Assembly: GCF_006345805.1 (NCBI RefSeq)
Contig: NC_043007.1
Coordinates: forward strand, 68,386,001-68,450,000
DNA length: 64,000 bases
Direction of reading: 5' to 3'
DNA from: Octopus sinensis
Lineage: Eukaryota
Part shown: piece after piece, positions 1-13,460 of the stretch
How the letters are laid out: the number at the start of each line of letters is the position of its first letter
How positions within the stretch are numbered: the first letter of the stretch is position 1
The notes under the pieces: model-generated
What the model was told of the DNA's origin: nothing
Seen by the model: the letters and a program-made list of their open reading frames with translations, nothing else
Databases searched by the model: none
Made by a program: the position numbers and the translations under genes

Positions 1-780
1 ATCATCAACATGCTGGCATGGTTGGTCTCATTTTTTTAAACATATATAGCAAAACTTTCTTGCGCGACTATTTACCGATTCTGGCAAACCACAATTTGTT
101 TGGTTTATAACAGTAATATGAATAACATCACCATGAACCATGATTGGATTAAGTAACAGAAGAAAAGGACAGTGTAATTCGATAATAAATATATAAAACT
201 ATATTTACAACAGAATTATTGTGCACTGGTGTACATACAACATTACAAGTAGATATATTACTATGTAGTTTTGGTTGATAAATTGCCAATCAAATATAGA
301 ATACAAATAGCTTCAGTAATACGCTGAATTTGAATATTATGGGTTGTAAATTTGAAGCAGCATATGATTCCATTATGGTGGCAGGAAATGTATGTGTCTT
401 AAAAGAAATTTGTTTAGTATTGTACGTGCTTTTTGTGCTTTTGTACGTGCTTTTGTACGTGCTTTTCAATCTTGCTAGTTATCCGACGTCTTAAGTAAAT
501 TATTCGTACAATAAACCCTATTCATTTGATGTCTTGTGAGTATAATTTCGTAAATTGAACCTTGCGCGAGAAGCCTTTGAAATGACTGCCGCCCCTTTTC
601 CCGAATAGTAGACTTCACCACCCGTTCTCGATTTAACATCATTACTTGACGACCTTTGCTTACACACACAGATATACATACCTTTGTGTGTAATTGAATA
701 TATGAATATATCTATACATATGTGTGTGTGCGCGCACGCGTTTGGGCACACACACACACACATATATATACATATATATA

Positions 781-815
<35 letters not shown>

Positions 816-1306
816 CGCGTGCGTGCACATATATGTGTATATATATATATATACGTGCACTCATACACATATATATGCACATATACACAAATATGTACAT
901 ACACATATATGCATACATGCTTACGTACATACCTACACACACACGCGCGCACACAGACATACACATACATACAAACGCACACATAAACACACACCCATAT
1001 GAATAAGTATATTATCAAGAAAATACGAGATATTCGTGTTTTGCCATGAGCATAAGTAATGTTCAGATATTGTTTTACAAAAAGCCTCAATAATATTTTT
1101 AGTTTTACCAAAAGCATTAATGATTATTATTATTATTATCTTTTACTAAAATCTATATTAATATTAATGTGTGTTCAGGGGGGAAAAATATTTTGAGTGA
1201 AATCATGAACAGCGAGGATTATGTTTTAAACAATATAAACCATATTTTGGCCCTGTGTTAGTTTTGAGTTTTGTGTCTCTCTTCTCCAATATATATATAT
1301 ATACCT

Positions 1307-1600
1307 GTGGAGGCACATGGCCTAGTGGTTTAGCAGCGGACTCGCGGTCGTGGGATCGTGGGTTCTCAGACCGGGCGATGTGTGTGTTTATGAGCGAAAC
1401 ACCTAAGCTCCACGCGGCTCCGGCAGAAGGTAATGGCGAGCTTCTGCTGACTCTTTCGCAACAACTTTCTGTCACTGTTTCCTCCTGCATCTTGCAGCTC
1501 ACCTGCGACGGACTGGCGTCCCATCCAGGTGGGGAACCTATACGCCAAGGAAAACGGGAAACCGGCCCTTATGAGCCAGGCATGGCTCGAGAAGGAAGGA
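1307..1600 (+). mobile_element. tRNA-derived SINE, family A
   Basis: Head GTGGAGGCACATGGCCTAGTGGTT (A box) and GGGTTC (B-box-like); second copy of the head at 3464; flanked by TA runs. Confidence 0.8.
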
Positions 1601-2285
1601 ATATATATACCTAAGAATGTCTGTATGATTAAGGAAGTTCCTTTACAACTATGACAATACAAGTTCAGTCCAACTGCATAATACTTTTCGGGAGTGTTTT
1701 GTTCCATGGCTTCCTGTCGATCAGAGACTTGTGTTAATGGGAATTGTATTAATGGAGACATTACCCATAGTTTATTTTATTTTTTAATTTTTTAGATAGA
1801 GTATTTAATCGACCGCCCAATTTACCTTCAACGTGTGGCATTCAGGTTGCTTAAGCAGAATCCACTCTATTGCAAAAAAATTGGAGAATACCACAATTTT
1901 AAGAATAACGTCTTATATTCCATCCACATCACTCAGAGGCCCCGGAAAAGAATCGTGGGCATTTTGATTCCTATTCTAAGTCAGAAAAATACCTGTAATT
2001 ATATAGCGGAATGATTTGTTTATGTAAATAAAAAACTGTGTATTCGAAATGTTTCTACTGCACTCAGTTCCATACTTTCCAATGACTTCAGTCATTGACA
2101 AATTATTATCTGAATCAAAGAAAATTATTTTGAAATTAATTTTTTCGCGACATAAAGAATTTTCAAAGAAGCCCAACTAATTTACACAGAAAGAAATGTT
2201 TCTCTTTCTGGATAATTTGTAGTTCGCAGTGTGTGATTGTGTGGGTGTTTGTGTATGTGTGTGTGTGCGTGCGTGTGCGAGCATA

Positions 2286-2321
<36 letters not shown>

Positions 2322-3463
2322 ATACCAGTTTTCTGCTGTTGTGTATATTGAGAGGTACATCTTTTAGAGATGCGTATATATAGAAAGAGACGAAACGTTC
2401 TAAGGTAATATTAATAAAACTAATATATTTCTGTCTTTAATCGTAATGAAGACAGCCGTAATGAAAGCTCTAAACCTAACCAAATTCAAAAGAATGTACC
2501 AGTATCAAAATTGCCGATAAGAAAATAAATCAAGCACCAGTCCTTCATCTACTTTAACAGATACAACGCAAAGCTAACATAACGTTGTTTCTTCTAGTCT
2601 TTGAGGGGTTTTCCCCCTTTGCAATATTTCTTAATTGTGTCGATCACACATTCAGAGAAGATGCCGCTCTTTGAACGCATGTGATTATTTAAACATATCG
2701 TTTCGTCCACTTCATTAACTAGATGTAATGTTGGTGATTTTCAAAAGAATCTATTTAGTCAAACTTCTTCACAGTGATGTAAACAGCAACCAATATCGTA
2801 TGCGGCTGGATCTCATAAAAGCCTTTGTTATGATTATATTTATAAGAGAAACTTTTTGCAAAACAGCTAAACTTTAATAAAGTTTGCTACTACCTTGTGA
2901 TCCTTCATCTGATGATACAATCAATATCTGTTTTATTTAATTTCTTCTATATCAAATCTATAACGATGCAGGGTATGTCTTTGAAGTTGTCCATTATCAC
3001 ACACGAATAACTTCATAATTGTTTATATTTTCACAAACTATTCGACTCAATTTTGCTGCAACTGAAGAGGTTTCTCACTCGGAGTACATAGTTGCAAAAC
3101 AGTTTGTGACGTACGAACTGAAGGAGAGTATAGCATATTTTGACATAACTTCATTGAAAAATTTGCCTTCAGATAGGATTACTAAATATTATTATCAAAG
3201 AATGCTGTTCTAAATTAATACAATGACTTAATATTCGGTCACATATCAGTGCTCATAACTATAGTAATAATGATTTTCAACATTGCATCAGCAACACTGT
3301 TCGATTGAATGCATTTGAATCCATCGACCTTGAAAGGATAAAATATGAACTTGAACATTCATTAATTCAAACTCAGAATATGTTTAAATATTTCCAGCTA
3401 TTTTTCCATGCCTTACTGATTCTGTCAACCCTATAACAACAACGACGACAACAGCAACAGCAA

Positions 3464-3650
3464 GTGGAGGCGCAATAGCCCAGTGGTTAGGGCAGCGGAT
3501 TCGCGGTCGTAAGAACGCGGTTTCCATTCCCAGACCGGGCATTGTGAGTGTTTATTGAGCAAAAACACCTAAACTCCACGAGGCTCCGGCGGGGTGAACA
3601 CCCACTGTACTCTTTCACCGCAAGTTTTGTTCTTTCTTCCTACTTCTGCC
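3464..3650 (+). mobile_element. SINE family A, 5' part only
   Basis: Aligns by eye to 1307-1490 (gcagcgga.tcgcggtcgt, cagaccgggc, aacacctaa.ctccacg.ggctccggc), then diverges. Confidence 0.75.
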
Positions 3651-4089
3651 ACAAAGCAGAAGAACCGTGGTGTAACCCACTATGGTGTGGTAAACTTTCA
3701 GATCCTAGTCTGAAAGGATGGTTCAGCTCTCCACCCGTTAAAAGTCACCGTTTACAGAATGAGGATAACAACATAGCTTTCGCGCCGGTGCAACCGCCAG
3801 TCAAACGCGTGTGGTGGGTGGATCTTCAAGTTGCCCCACGCATTCTTTGTAGCTTAGAGTAGGCTCGAATTAGAGATTATTGTTTGTGTCTAATGGCGTG
3901 AGACCTGAATGGAAGAAGACAGCAACAGCAATAAAAGCAGCATCACATTTTGGTACAAAGTCAGTTATTTTGAGGGGGAGGGGCTGGTCGATAACAAAGA
4001 TACCTGTTCCTGACTGCTACTTCATTTCATCGTCCCAAAAAATTGTTTGGCATATTAACGATTCTATCTCACCGCCTTAAAAATAGTAG

Positions 4090-4259
4090 TAAGGATAATC
4101 CTTTCTACTATTGGCGCAAGGCTTGAGAATTTGGTGAAAGCCATCCAATTACATCGTCCCCAATACTCAATTGGTACTTAATTTATCTACCCCGAAAAGG
4201 TGAAAAGCAAACGCAATTGCAGTGGAATTTGAACTCGGAACTTAAAGACGGAAGAAATT
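4090..4259 (-). mobile_element. Degenerate SINE family C fragment
   Basis: tggtacttaatttatc.accccgaaa.g.tgaaa.gcaaa...ggaatttgaactc matches 11915-11990. Confidence 0.65.
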
Positions 4260-4322
4260 CCACTAATTTCTTCCGTCTTTAAGTTCCGAGTTCAAATTCC
4301 ACTGCAGTTGCGTTTGCCTTTC
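4202..4322. repeat. Near-perfect 58-bp inverted repeat with 5-nt loop
   Basis: Arms 4202-4259 and 4265-4322 are reverse complements with 2 mismatches. Confidence 0.95.
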
Positions 4323-4941
4323 GTCATTTACCGATTCAGTTAGCCCTCAGATTCGTTGTTATGATAAAAAGCGTTTCGCAAGAGCCAAGACACTGCAAAT
4401 ATGGCGCTTTATGCGGTGCAATAGAATGTGGTAATGGAAATAAAGAAAGACAACTAGGATCATCTTATCTAAAGCATGATGTACGAGATTGATTTTGTCT
4501 ATAATATCATTCAGCCAGTGGTGTTTACCATCCTTGGTTGCTGTTGTCGTTAGTGCTGTTTATTTTCTATTTTACTTCTCTATTTATAGGAACATTAGAC
4601 GCATTATACTCTAACTATATAATTGGCTAATCCTATTTATTTGTCTACTAAAATATTGATGTTTAAGAAGCAAATTACTTCCATTTCCTTAAATAACGAT
4701 TTATTGTTCTTCGAAATAATATTATCCATGAGAAAACAAGAACAGAATTTAACTCTGTTATCATTAATGTTCACAATTGTTTTGCATCAAAGTATATACT
4801 TCACTAAAGATTACATCAATCGGAGTGAGAGAGGGAGAGAGAATGAGGCAGAGAGAGAAAGACAGAGCTAGCTAGCTAGCTAGATAGGTAGATAGATATA
4901 TATATATAGAGAGAGAGGTTGTGCCTTATATGCCATTCGTT

Positions 4942-5200
4942 AAGGCACATGGTCTAGTGGTTATAGATATTTGCTTCATGTTCGTAAGGTTGTGATTCAA
5001 TTTTCGTACCAGTCGTCACGCTGCATCTTTGAAAAAGGCATTTCATTTTAAGGCACCTTAGCTTATTCAGCTACAATGAATACCAGCAAGGTTTTTGGTG
5101 CAACCCTCACTTCCTCCAGGTGTCACTTTCTGGATGTCCCCTGGATCATGAGTAAGGAGTCGTTGAGCGTACATGTGTCTATTCTCAACTACATAGGCAC
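4942..5200 (+). mobile_element. Degenerate tRNA-derived CORE-like SINE
   Basis: AAGGCACATGGTCTAGTGGTT head followed by a decayed CORE-like block similar to family D. Confidence 0.45.
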
Positions 5201-6598
5201 CTAGAACATTTAAAGAAAGCATGGTACATGTTACCAAACTACACTCCTTCCCAAGTGACGGCTAGGGGCACTTCATTATGCCAGCAACATTACAATGTTG
5301 ATGAAGGTTAAAGCTTATATCTATAAAAATGTATCGAAATATATCTAACAAACTAGTTTCCAGTGTATATATTCTCACTTTTAGTTAATTTTCACGATGG
5401 GAGGAAATGCGATGAAAGGCGACGCCATTACCATAAATAATAAAGTAATAAATTCAATCCAGAACGTAATATAAAGTAAACTGTTGATTCTAATACGCTT
5501 TAAATCATACATTTCTGTGGAGACTGTGGGCAACCGTATTGGTCACAGTATTTTTACTGAAGTTATTTCATCTGTAAAACGCTAATCAGACAGCGGCGGG
5601 GTTCGAACTCAACGTAGAGGATCACAAATACACTATTATTTAGAATGTTATCTACTCTTTCTTCTACAATCCAGCGTGTATGTCCAATGTAAATTCGAAG
5701 ATTTGTCACTTCAAATTACATCGTGATCATATTTTTACTCTAAATCATTTCTGGCTAAACTGACTTACGAGCCAATCATATTTATGTAGCTCAATATTTG
5801 CTTGTCCTAACTTAGGTCAAATAAATTGTGGATAGACACATTGCAGTTGAATATTGTACTAATGCTAGCAACAGAGTTATTATTTTTGCTGCGAGTGCGG
5901 GGGCGTGCAGTAGTGATTTAAATCCTCATAATTAGCTAAATTAAGAAATGAATAAGCTCACCTCAATTTAATAACCCTGGATACACTTCAAGCACTGAAA
6001 GCCTCCAGAGTTCTCTTTACTATGGACTTAGTGTCTCTAAAACTCAGCAATGACGTATCTTAATTATAGTCTCAATATACAAATACATTATAATCTGAAA
6101 GTTAGAGGATCCTGTATTGCATTTTCAGGTTTCAGATAACAAGTACTAATCCATTTCACGATTTGTTGTTTAATCACAGGCTAGCTATGATTGAATAAAT
6201 TCGCGATCAAAAACCTTATATCGTCTACCCTCCCATGCGCTTGTATATGCAGGACTATATTAATCAAAGTTTCTTGCCTTCTTTTTTAAGGCAGTAAGTT
6301 GTCAAAGAGCTTACCTGTTATCACTTGTAGATCTAGAAATAGATTAGAGCTTTGATGTGCTAGGTAGTTCTCATCACATGATTCTACATGTCGACTGAAT
6401 TTAACAGAACTGGATAAAAAGAGTCGGAATTTATAATCAGGATTAAAAAGCAAAAGCTTCGAAGAAACTCCAGATAGAAAGCCTTGACATTAACTTGATG
6501 TAAGTAAATATTCATCTATTCCTTCATTTAAATACTATGACATTAAATTGACATAAGTAAATATTTTTCTGTTCTATATTTAAGAGATGAGGAATTAC

Positions 6599-7011
6599 TT
6601 TTACTCTCTTACTCTTTTACTTGTTTCAGTCATTTGACTGCGGCCATGCTGGAGCACCGCCTTTAGTCGAGCAAATCGACCCCGGGACTTATTCTTTGTA
6701 AGCCCAGTACTTATTCTATCGGTCTCTTTTGCCGAACCGCTAAGTGACGGGGACGTAAACACACCAGCATCGGTTGTCAAGCAATGCTAGGGGGACAAAC
6801 ACAGACACACAAACATATACACACACATATATATATATACATATATACGACAGGCTTTTTCAGTTTCCGTCTACCATATCCACTCACAAGGCATTGGTCG
6901 GCCCGGGGCTATAGCAGAAGACACTTGTCCAAGATGCCACGCAGTGGGACTGAACCCGGAACCATGTGGTTGGTTAGCAAGCTACTTACCACACAGCCAC
7001 TCCTGCGCCTA
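6599..7011 (-). mobile_element. tRNA-derived SINE, family B (full length)
   Basis: Near-identical to 31288-31712 (+) and 61783-62168 (-); head TAGGCGCAGGAGTGGCTGTGTGGTAAG...GGGTTCAGTCCC; internal (CA/TA)n; (AGTAAAAG)n tail. Confidence 0.9.
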
Positions 7012-7076
7012 TAATTATGTAAATTATTTACATTATTTACATTCGACGGATATTTGTCCTCATCTTGATTGTTGTT

Positions 7077-7122
7077 AACACAACATTTCGGCAGATATAC
7101 CCTCCAGCCTTCTTCAGTTGTC
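7077..7122 (-). ncRNA. Minimal type I hammerhead ribozyme (slightly degenerate)
   Basis: gacaa CTGAAGA aggctg..ctgcc GAAA tgtt gtgtt. Confidence 0.6.
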
Positions 7123-8577
7123 TTTGGGAAATTTCGAACCTGGGTTCTCATTCCTAAGGTATTTTTCGATGTTATTATTATTATTATTATTATTATCATT
7201 ATTATTATTATTATTATTATTAGTAGTAGTAGTAGTAGTAGTAGTAGTATTGTTTAGGTCACTGCTTGGAATCGAACTCGGAATCTTGGGGTTAGTAGCC
7301 TGCGCGCTTAACCACTACGCCATATGCCCGTGGTTCTAAATATTTTTCTATTCCTTCATTCAAATTCTTAATTTTGGTACTGAAAAAATACTACAAGCAC
7401 ATTGAAGCCTTCCCAAGAAAGCCCCGATCAAGAATATTGCTCTTTGACTTAAAACACATAATTGTTTCTAAATTAGGTGCAAGATGAGCAGTTTTAAGGA
7501 GAGTGGAGTAATTGACCCTATCACTAGGCAAGTACTTTATTTTATCGACCCTCAAGTAATGAGAGTTAAGTTTGATACCGGCGCGATTCGAACTCTGGAT
7601 GTAAAGAGCACACTGTTAAACAAATAATGTTTACTAACATTATGACAGGGCCATATATTTTATGGACGCTGTTCTAGATTAAATCGATACTTATATTTTA
7701 TTAAGGCCGATTTTATCGTTTCAGGGGGACAAAAGTCAAAATCAGTTATTGAGGCCTGCAATTTTGTGCGAGTATTAAAAAATACAAGACTTTCCACAAT
7801 TCTATTCATGTCACCAAATATACCAACAGTGATACCCGCTTCCAATCCAATACTGATATAGATGCTACTTCACTAATAACAGACCACCGGAGTTTGACCT
7901 CGCCAACGGTAAACTTCAACCACAGAGCAGGTAGGAAAACTTGTAATTTCCGGTTTTCTCAACTATGACCTCTTGGAGGTTTCTGCCTGTGTAAAAATGA
8001 AGTCTACAAGTGACCTGTTATAACACCACGCTCCTACCAAGCAAGGGTCTATATCAGTGGCACCGTTGATTTCAAGTGCTGCTACCGTACACACATGAAT
8101 TCTTTCTCCAATCCAAATCCTAAATTATCTACCACCGTAGCAACTTATATACATAATCTTAAATTTCAAAATATTCCCTATACCCTACCCTGGTTCATCG
8201 TAAGTGAGGCTCCCACATACAACGCAAACATGAGTATGTGTAAATTATATTTAAGAGAATCGCCAACCATCCTTCGCCACCACAATAAATTACTTAATAA
8301 ATTCAGGGATGTAATACTGTCTTGTGAACATAGGTCCTACCCATCATTTGCACATTTTATTAAATCAATGTAATCCCATACCCATAAGTATCCATACTCA
8401 AAATTAACCTTTAGGCACGACAAGGTCAGCCAGCCTAGCAACTTCCTATCTCACTTAATACTAACCTCCTTGTTAAACTATTCTTTCTCATTGCTACATC
8501 TGCAAATTCCTATAACCCACTACATCCCACCTCCCTCATTAGCCTCCCCACCTTCAAAAGTGGCCTTCACTCAGCCC

Positions 8578-9269
8578 CAGAGGGAGGGACATATATCCGA
8601 CAGATACTATTTGGTCCGCGGTGTCTTAGCATTTTCTTCGTTTCAGGTGAAGCTATGGCGTTGTAGACGATAGAGCATTGCGTGTTTGCCTACGACAGAT
8701 AGTTGCGTGAAGAATAACGAGTCTATCACAGCAGTTCAGCGTGAGTTTCGCCACCACTTCAACATTCACCGAAATCATCTGTTCCCATCCTTAACACAAT
8801 CTTACGTTGGGTGAAGGCAATTCGTACACGAGGTACACTAATGAATGGTGCCACGAACGGTACAGACCGAGGAAAATGTGGAACGCGTCAGACAAGCTTT
8901 GATACGGAGTCCGAATCGCTCTGCTCGGAGGTATTCCATTGAACTTGGCATCAGTAATCGACCGTAAGGCATATTTTGCATGTAGCCCTACATTTAAACC
9001 TGTACAAATTCGTTATTGGGCAACAGTTGAAACCATGGGACTATGCAGAGAGCAATGCTAGAGAGAGTTGAAGCCAGCTTCCAAGAACCCCTTCAGAAAT
9101 GCACCAATGGAAACGGACACCACAGGATGGATGTTGTTTTCCACACTTGATTTTGACAAATGTTAGTTCAATACAAACACGTTAATGTCAATACAATTTG
9201 TTTTCAGATAAAATTAATGATTTTGCGAATTTTTTTCCAAAACATCCGTCCTCTTTGTCCCACCCTGTA
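8578..9269 (+). mobile_element. Internally deleted Tc1/mariner-superfamily transposon (DUF4817-type N-terminal HTH), nested in the PLE
   Basis: Frameshifted translation KNNESITAVQREFRHHFNIHRN..NTILRWVK..TEENVERVRQALIRSPNRSARR; TIR-like end ...CCCACCCTG|TA. Confidence 0.8.
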
Positions 9270-9485
9270 TCTATTCCACCCTCCTATTCCCCTTCCTACT
9301 CTCCAACTCTATTACTACTCCCTTACTAGCCTCATTATTAACCGCTCACTCCTCTTGAACTAGCTTTCTTCCTCTTACCGTTCCCTGTGTTAATAACCTC
9401 AAGTCCCCCTTTTAATCCACGTAGCTCTCCACATTTAACCATTCCATCTTTGAACTTCTCTACATTAAGATCTGAAATGTAAGCT

Positions 9486-9614
9486 GTCCTCTACTCTGAT
9501 GACGAAAGGCCGTCTCATCGTATGTTAAATGCAACCATACGGGCGCATTTTGTGATGGACTAAATCTACTAACATTATCATGGGTCGCCGAGACCCCAGA
9601 AACAGTTGTTGGAC
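9486..9614 (+). ncRNA. Degenerate hammerhead with long stem II in PLE 3' UTR
   Basis: gtcc..CTGATGA..gtctc/gagac..GAAA cagttg TT ggac; 6-nt offset between stem I and core. Confidence 0.45.
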
Positions 9615-10673
9615 TTATAATACCTGTCTTCCATCCCTTTAAATTTCTCTATCACTTGTACTCTATGTAATTTGGACATATTTACATATATGTATATTTA
9701 TACATATAAATTCGTTATTCATCGTCTGAAAGTTTCCACTTTTTGCTTTCTCTCGTTTACATATTTGCACTTTTTATATTTTCATGCACCTAATATATTT
9801 GATGTGTCCAATTTCTTTAACCTAATAATTGTTTCTATATATATATGAGTATGTATTTGTGTGTATATGTTTATGTATATACATATATATGTGTGTATGT
9901 ATGATATTTATATGTGTATTGAGCATGTATGTGTGTATGCATGTGTATGCGGATATTAATATGTGTGCGTTTTGTGCATGTATTTCTGCTTGCATCTGCA
10001 CCTTTGATTTTATTCGTGTTCTTCCTATGTACGTACAATCAATACGGTATATCTTATCTTCTATAAACTACCGTAATTCTAAACGTAACAATATCATGTG
10101 ATTTTATGCACTTAATTCACTTATTATATTCATTTATTCTACATATAATGTTACATGTCAAAACCAAACAAATAACATTATGTATAAACATAGTTGTATA
10201 TGAAATATGATCGTACACAACATGATATGAAACTGAAAGAATATTGAAGTTAATAGAATCACGATTTATTGAAATAATTTCCCTATAAGATTGATTTTTT
10301 GTGTGTTAAGATCAAAATATTAGAGAAAGATTATAAAGTTTTCTTATCAGAAATGTCGGTAGCATATATAATCTGGATATCGATACAAAATTTTGTTTAA
10401 ATAACTTTCATGTCAATATTCGGATTTATTTATCGTATACAGAAGGAAAACATAAAGTAATAGTTAGAGAGAAATAAGACGACCACGGCGAATTGTTCAA
10501 TATTTTAAAACATCGGGCTTATCTAATTGTATATATTTATATATTTAAACATAAAAGAAATCAATCGGGATGCCCAGTGACGTTCGGGATGACCAGTGAC
10601 ATACACAAATACAGGTATTAAAAGCACCATACACACATTCACACACACACACAGACACACAGACACACACACA

Positions 10674-10719
<46 letters not shown>

Positions 10720-11879
10720 ACACACACACACACACACACAGGAATATATAAGACGTTGGTATCAAGCTATATAAGTTTCGCATTCCTTTTAGACATCACA
10801 TGTAGCAGTCTTTATTTCACTAAGTTCCAGTCTACTTTGCTGAAAGTTGTAACCAGCTATGTGCAGGTGTAGTTCGCTTCCCGCTTCTAGCCGTCATATC
10901 GTGTGTGTACCGTTAGTTCAAAGTGTGTCTGTGTCGAAAGAATGTTTATGTCCGTTGGGCTCACGACTGTGTATGCTCTTGAAAAAATTAACAAATATAT
11001 GCCGCATGTAATGGCTCGAAATTGTAAGGCTTTTTGGTCGATATCTGATGAGGGACGAGCATGTCAACGACTTGTGTGTGTGTTTTAACGATTTCCTTTG
11101 TCTGTGCAATGTTTGCACTTATATTTTAATTTAACCCCACGCACCCTTCCTTTGTTCCCAATCTCAGTGGCATCCCAAACATTGGGTAATATTTGATGCG
11201 ACAGCCCCCACTTACTCCCTCCCTCTCTCTCTCTCTTTGTTTCCCTCTTTTCTTTCCGTTTCTCTTTCCTCTTTCACAACCTTAATCACTATAGTTTTTT
11301 GTCTACTCCTTCCGCTTTTCCATACTCCATCCTTTTCTCCTATTCTGCGCACCCCTTCTCTCTACAATACCTATATCTATATGAATATATTTCTACCTAT
11401 CTGCCTCATTTCTCTCGTTACTTAGCTTATACTTTTCCTCTGTCCAATTTGGTCGACTATTACTATCTTTTCTTTCTCCTCTCTCTCACGCTCTCTCTCT
11501 TTCCTCTCACTCTTTTATCTTATCTTTTCTTCCCTAACCTTCCCCACCTCTCTCGCATCGACTTTCCCTACTCTTTCTGCTCTTTGTTCGACACTTTTCT
11601 CTCCCAACTTTCCGCCCTTCATTACCCGTTTTCTCTGTCTCCCTTCATTTTGCAGTACTATGTGACCTTCACGTTCATTATTATACTCATTCTTTCTCTG
11701 CTTGACTGGTAGCAGTTTCGTATGTCCTCCCTTATGTTCTCAGCCTCGGGTCCTTCATATTTTTCCACCTTTCCATTCTTCTATCTATCTCTTCCTTCTT
11801 TTATGTCTATCCGCCTTCCTTTCCATCTTCCAATATATTTATCGCTCTTAAGGTGGCGAGCTGGTAGTATCGTTACAAA

Positions 11880-12240
11880 CGAATTAAGTCGATTATATCG
11901 ACCCCAGTGCGTAACTGGTACTTATTTAATCGACCCCGAAAGGATGAAAGACAAAGTCAACCTCGGCGGAATTTGAACTCAGAACGTAACGGCAGACGAA
12001 ATACCTATTTCTTTACTACCCACAATGGGCTAAACACAGAGGGGACAAACAAGGACAGACAAAGGGATTAAGTCGATTACATCGCTCCCCAGTGCGTAAC
12101 TGGTACTTAATTTATCGACCCCGAAAGGATGGAAGGCAAAGTCGACTTCGGCGGATTTTGAACTCAGAACGTAGCGGCAGACGAAATACCGCTAAGCACT
12201 TCGCCTGGCGTGCTAACAATTCCGCCAGCTCGCCGCCTTA
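11880..12240 (-). mobile_element. SINE family C with internal tandem duplication
   Basis: Reverse complement of 44648-44875; two approx. 185-bp units. Confidence 0.85.
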
Positions 12241-12666
12241 AAGACTTAACAATATTGATGAAATTAATGTTTACATTAAATTATTATCTTCTTGTATTGG
12301 CTACGCATAAAGCAAGACGATGAAGATGATTATTTTAAATGATATTCATTTTAATGAACTGAATTCTGGATTTATGTAAAAGTAGTAAAATCTAGAACAC
12401 TATGTTAAAAAGAAAATCGTTTTATTCTGCATCGAATGGTCTTCATTTTAATCATTGTCTTTTAATATTTTATCATCGAAATCAAAATTGACATCTTCCT
12501 ATTTGGTTATTTTTCTTTTCTTTTATCAGATTGTAGTTTTTGATTCCTTTTCGAAATGAAATTAATAATTATACCTTTTCTTTTTTTTCAAATTCATTAT
12601 CATTATGATTATTAGAATTGCGATTGTGTTAGCAGCTTGTTTTGCTATCCTACTGCTGATGTCGGC

Positions 12667-12725
12667 TACTACTACTACTACTACTACTACTACTATACTA
12701 CTACTACTACTACTACTACTACTAT

Positions 12726-12758
<33 letters not shown>
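12667..12758. repeat. (TAC)n microsatellite
   Basis: Direct reading. Confidence 0.95.
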
Positions 12759-13285
12759 CGTTCTGTTGATATTGGTTTTGTTTCTAATTGTAGATTTCAT
12801 TAACGGCAGATTTAAGAAACTGGTTTTGCAGTGTCTAAAGTTGCTTCATAGAATTCTCGTATTCACATTATTTGAATTAAAAAAACAAACAAATCTGTTT
12901 ATTATCCACATGTAATTTTTGTTGGTTTGTTTGCTTACGACAATTAAATTCCTATTAACAATCTCTCTTAAGTGACAAAAAAACCACTTTTGATATAGAA
13001 GTAACGTTTATAAGTGACGTTTTACAATAGATTTGAGTGAGAATAACGGGCGACCTATATGATCGTTTAGCGAACTCTGAAAACAGAATATCTGCCGGTC
13101 GTATGTCGTAACCTGGGTCGCTGATCGAGTCATTTATTCTGAAATGTTTCTGTTCATTTAGCTGTGAATGGATGCTCATTACAGTAAATTATACAATAAA
13201 GTCACATTGAAATTCGATACTGCATTAACTGGTAGTGTTGGAAATTGTAGGTAATCGATGATATATATATATATATATATATATA

Positions 13286-13460
13286 TTGATAAAAATGGTA
13301 AGACAACAAAAGAATGAAAGAGACCTCGATATTATGAATTTATCTGTAAATGTAATATGTGACAATTATTCGGTAGCCATGATAAAACTCCGAGTTTCGG
13401 ATGCCGAGGTGGAATCCACGCCGCCATTTCTTCAGTTATCCGGCCAGCGGGAAAATGCTA
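13286..13460 (-). mobile_element. Short PLE pLTR-type unit (family P1) at a (TA)n tract
   Basis: Reverse complement of 17490-17662; another copy at 55808-55963; carries HHR. Confidence 0.8.
13381..13440 (-). ncRNA. Type I hammerhead ribozyme (P1)
   Basis: gataa CTGAAGA aatg..catcc GAAA ctcggag TT ttatc. Confidence 0.75.

Larger units (their letters stand above)
6571..7336 (-). mobile_element. Composite SINE-like element: tRNA head + (AAT/TAC)n + PLE-like tail with hammerhead; 13-bp TSD; interrupted by a family B SINE
   Basis: Minus strand A box TGGCGTAGTGG and B box GAGTTCGATTCC (7265-7322); HHR at 7077-7122; TAAATATTTTTCT at 6558-6570 and 7337-7349. Confidence 0.7.
7780..9830 (+). mobile_element. 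Decayed Penelope-like element 3' part (GIY-YIG endonuclease remnant + pyrimidine-rich 3' UTR)
   Basis: 8040-8373 translates RVYISGTVDFKCCYRTHMNSFS...STTVATYIHNLK...W...CKL...LLNKFRDVILSCEHR, clearly homologous to the C-terminus of the 14946 ORF. Confidence 0.8.

Noticed and set aside
2700-3213. Possible hAT transposase remnant
   Set aside because: Similarity too faint to support by eye
7255-7333. Functional tRNA gene
   Set aside because: A and B boxes are present but the acceptor stem does not pair; it is a SINE head (same for the other SINE heads)
11010-11075. GAAA...CTGATGA motifs suggesting a hammerhead
   Set aside because: Order and stems do not assemble into a complete fold
12955-13179. 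Possible exon (74-aa ORF, splice-like signals)
   Set aside because: No recognisable homology and ambiguous strand
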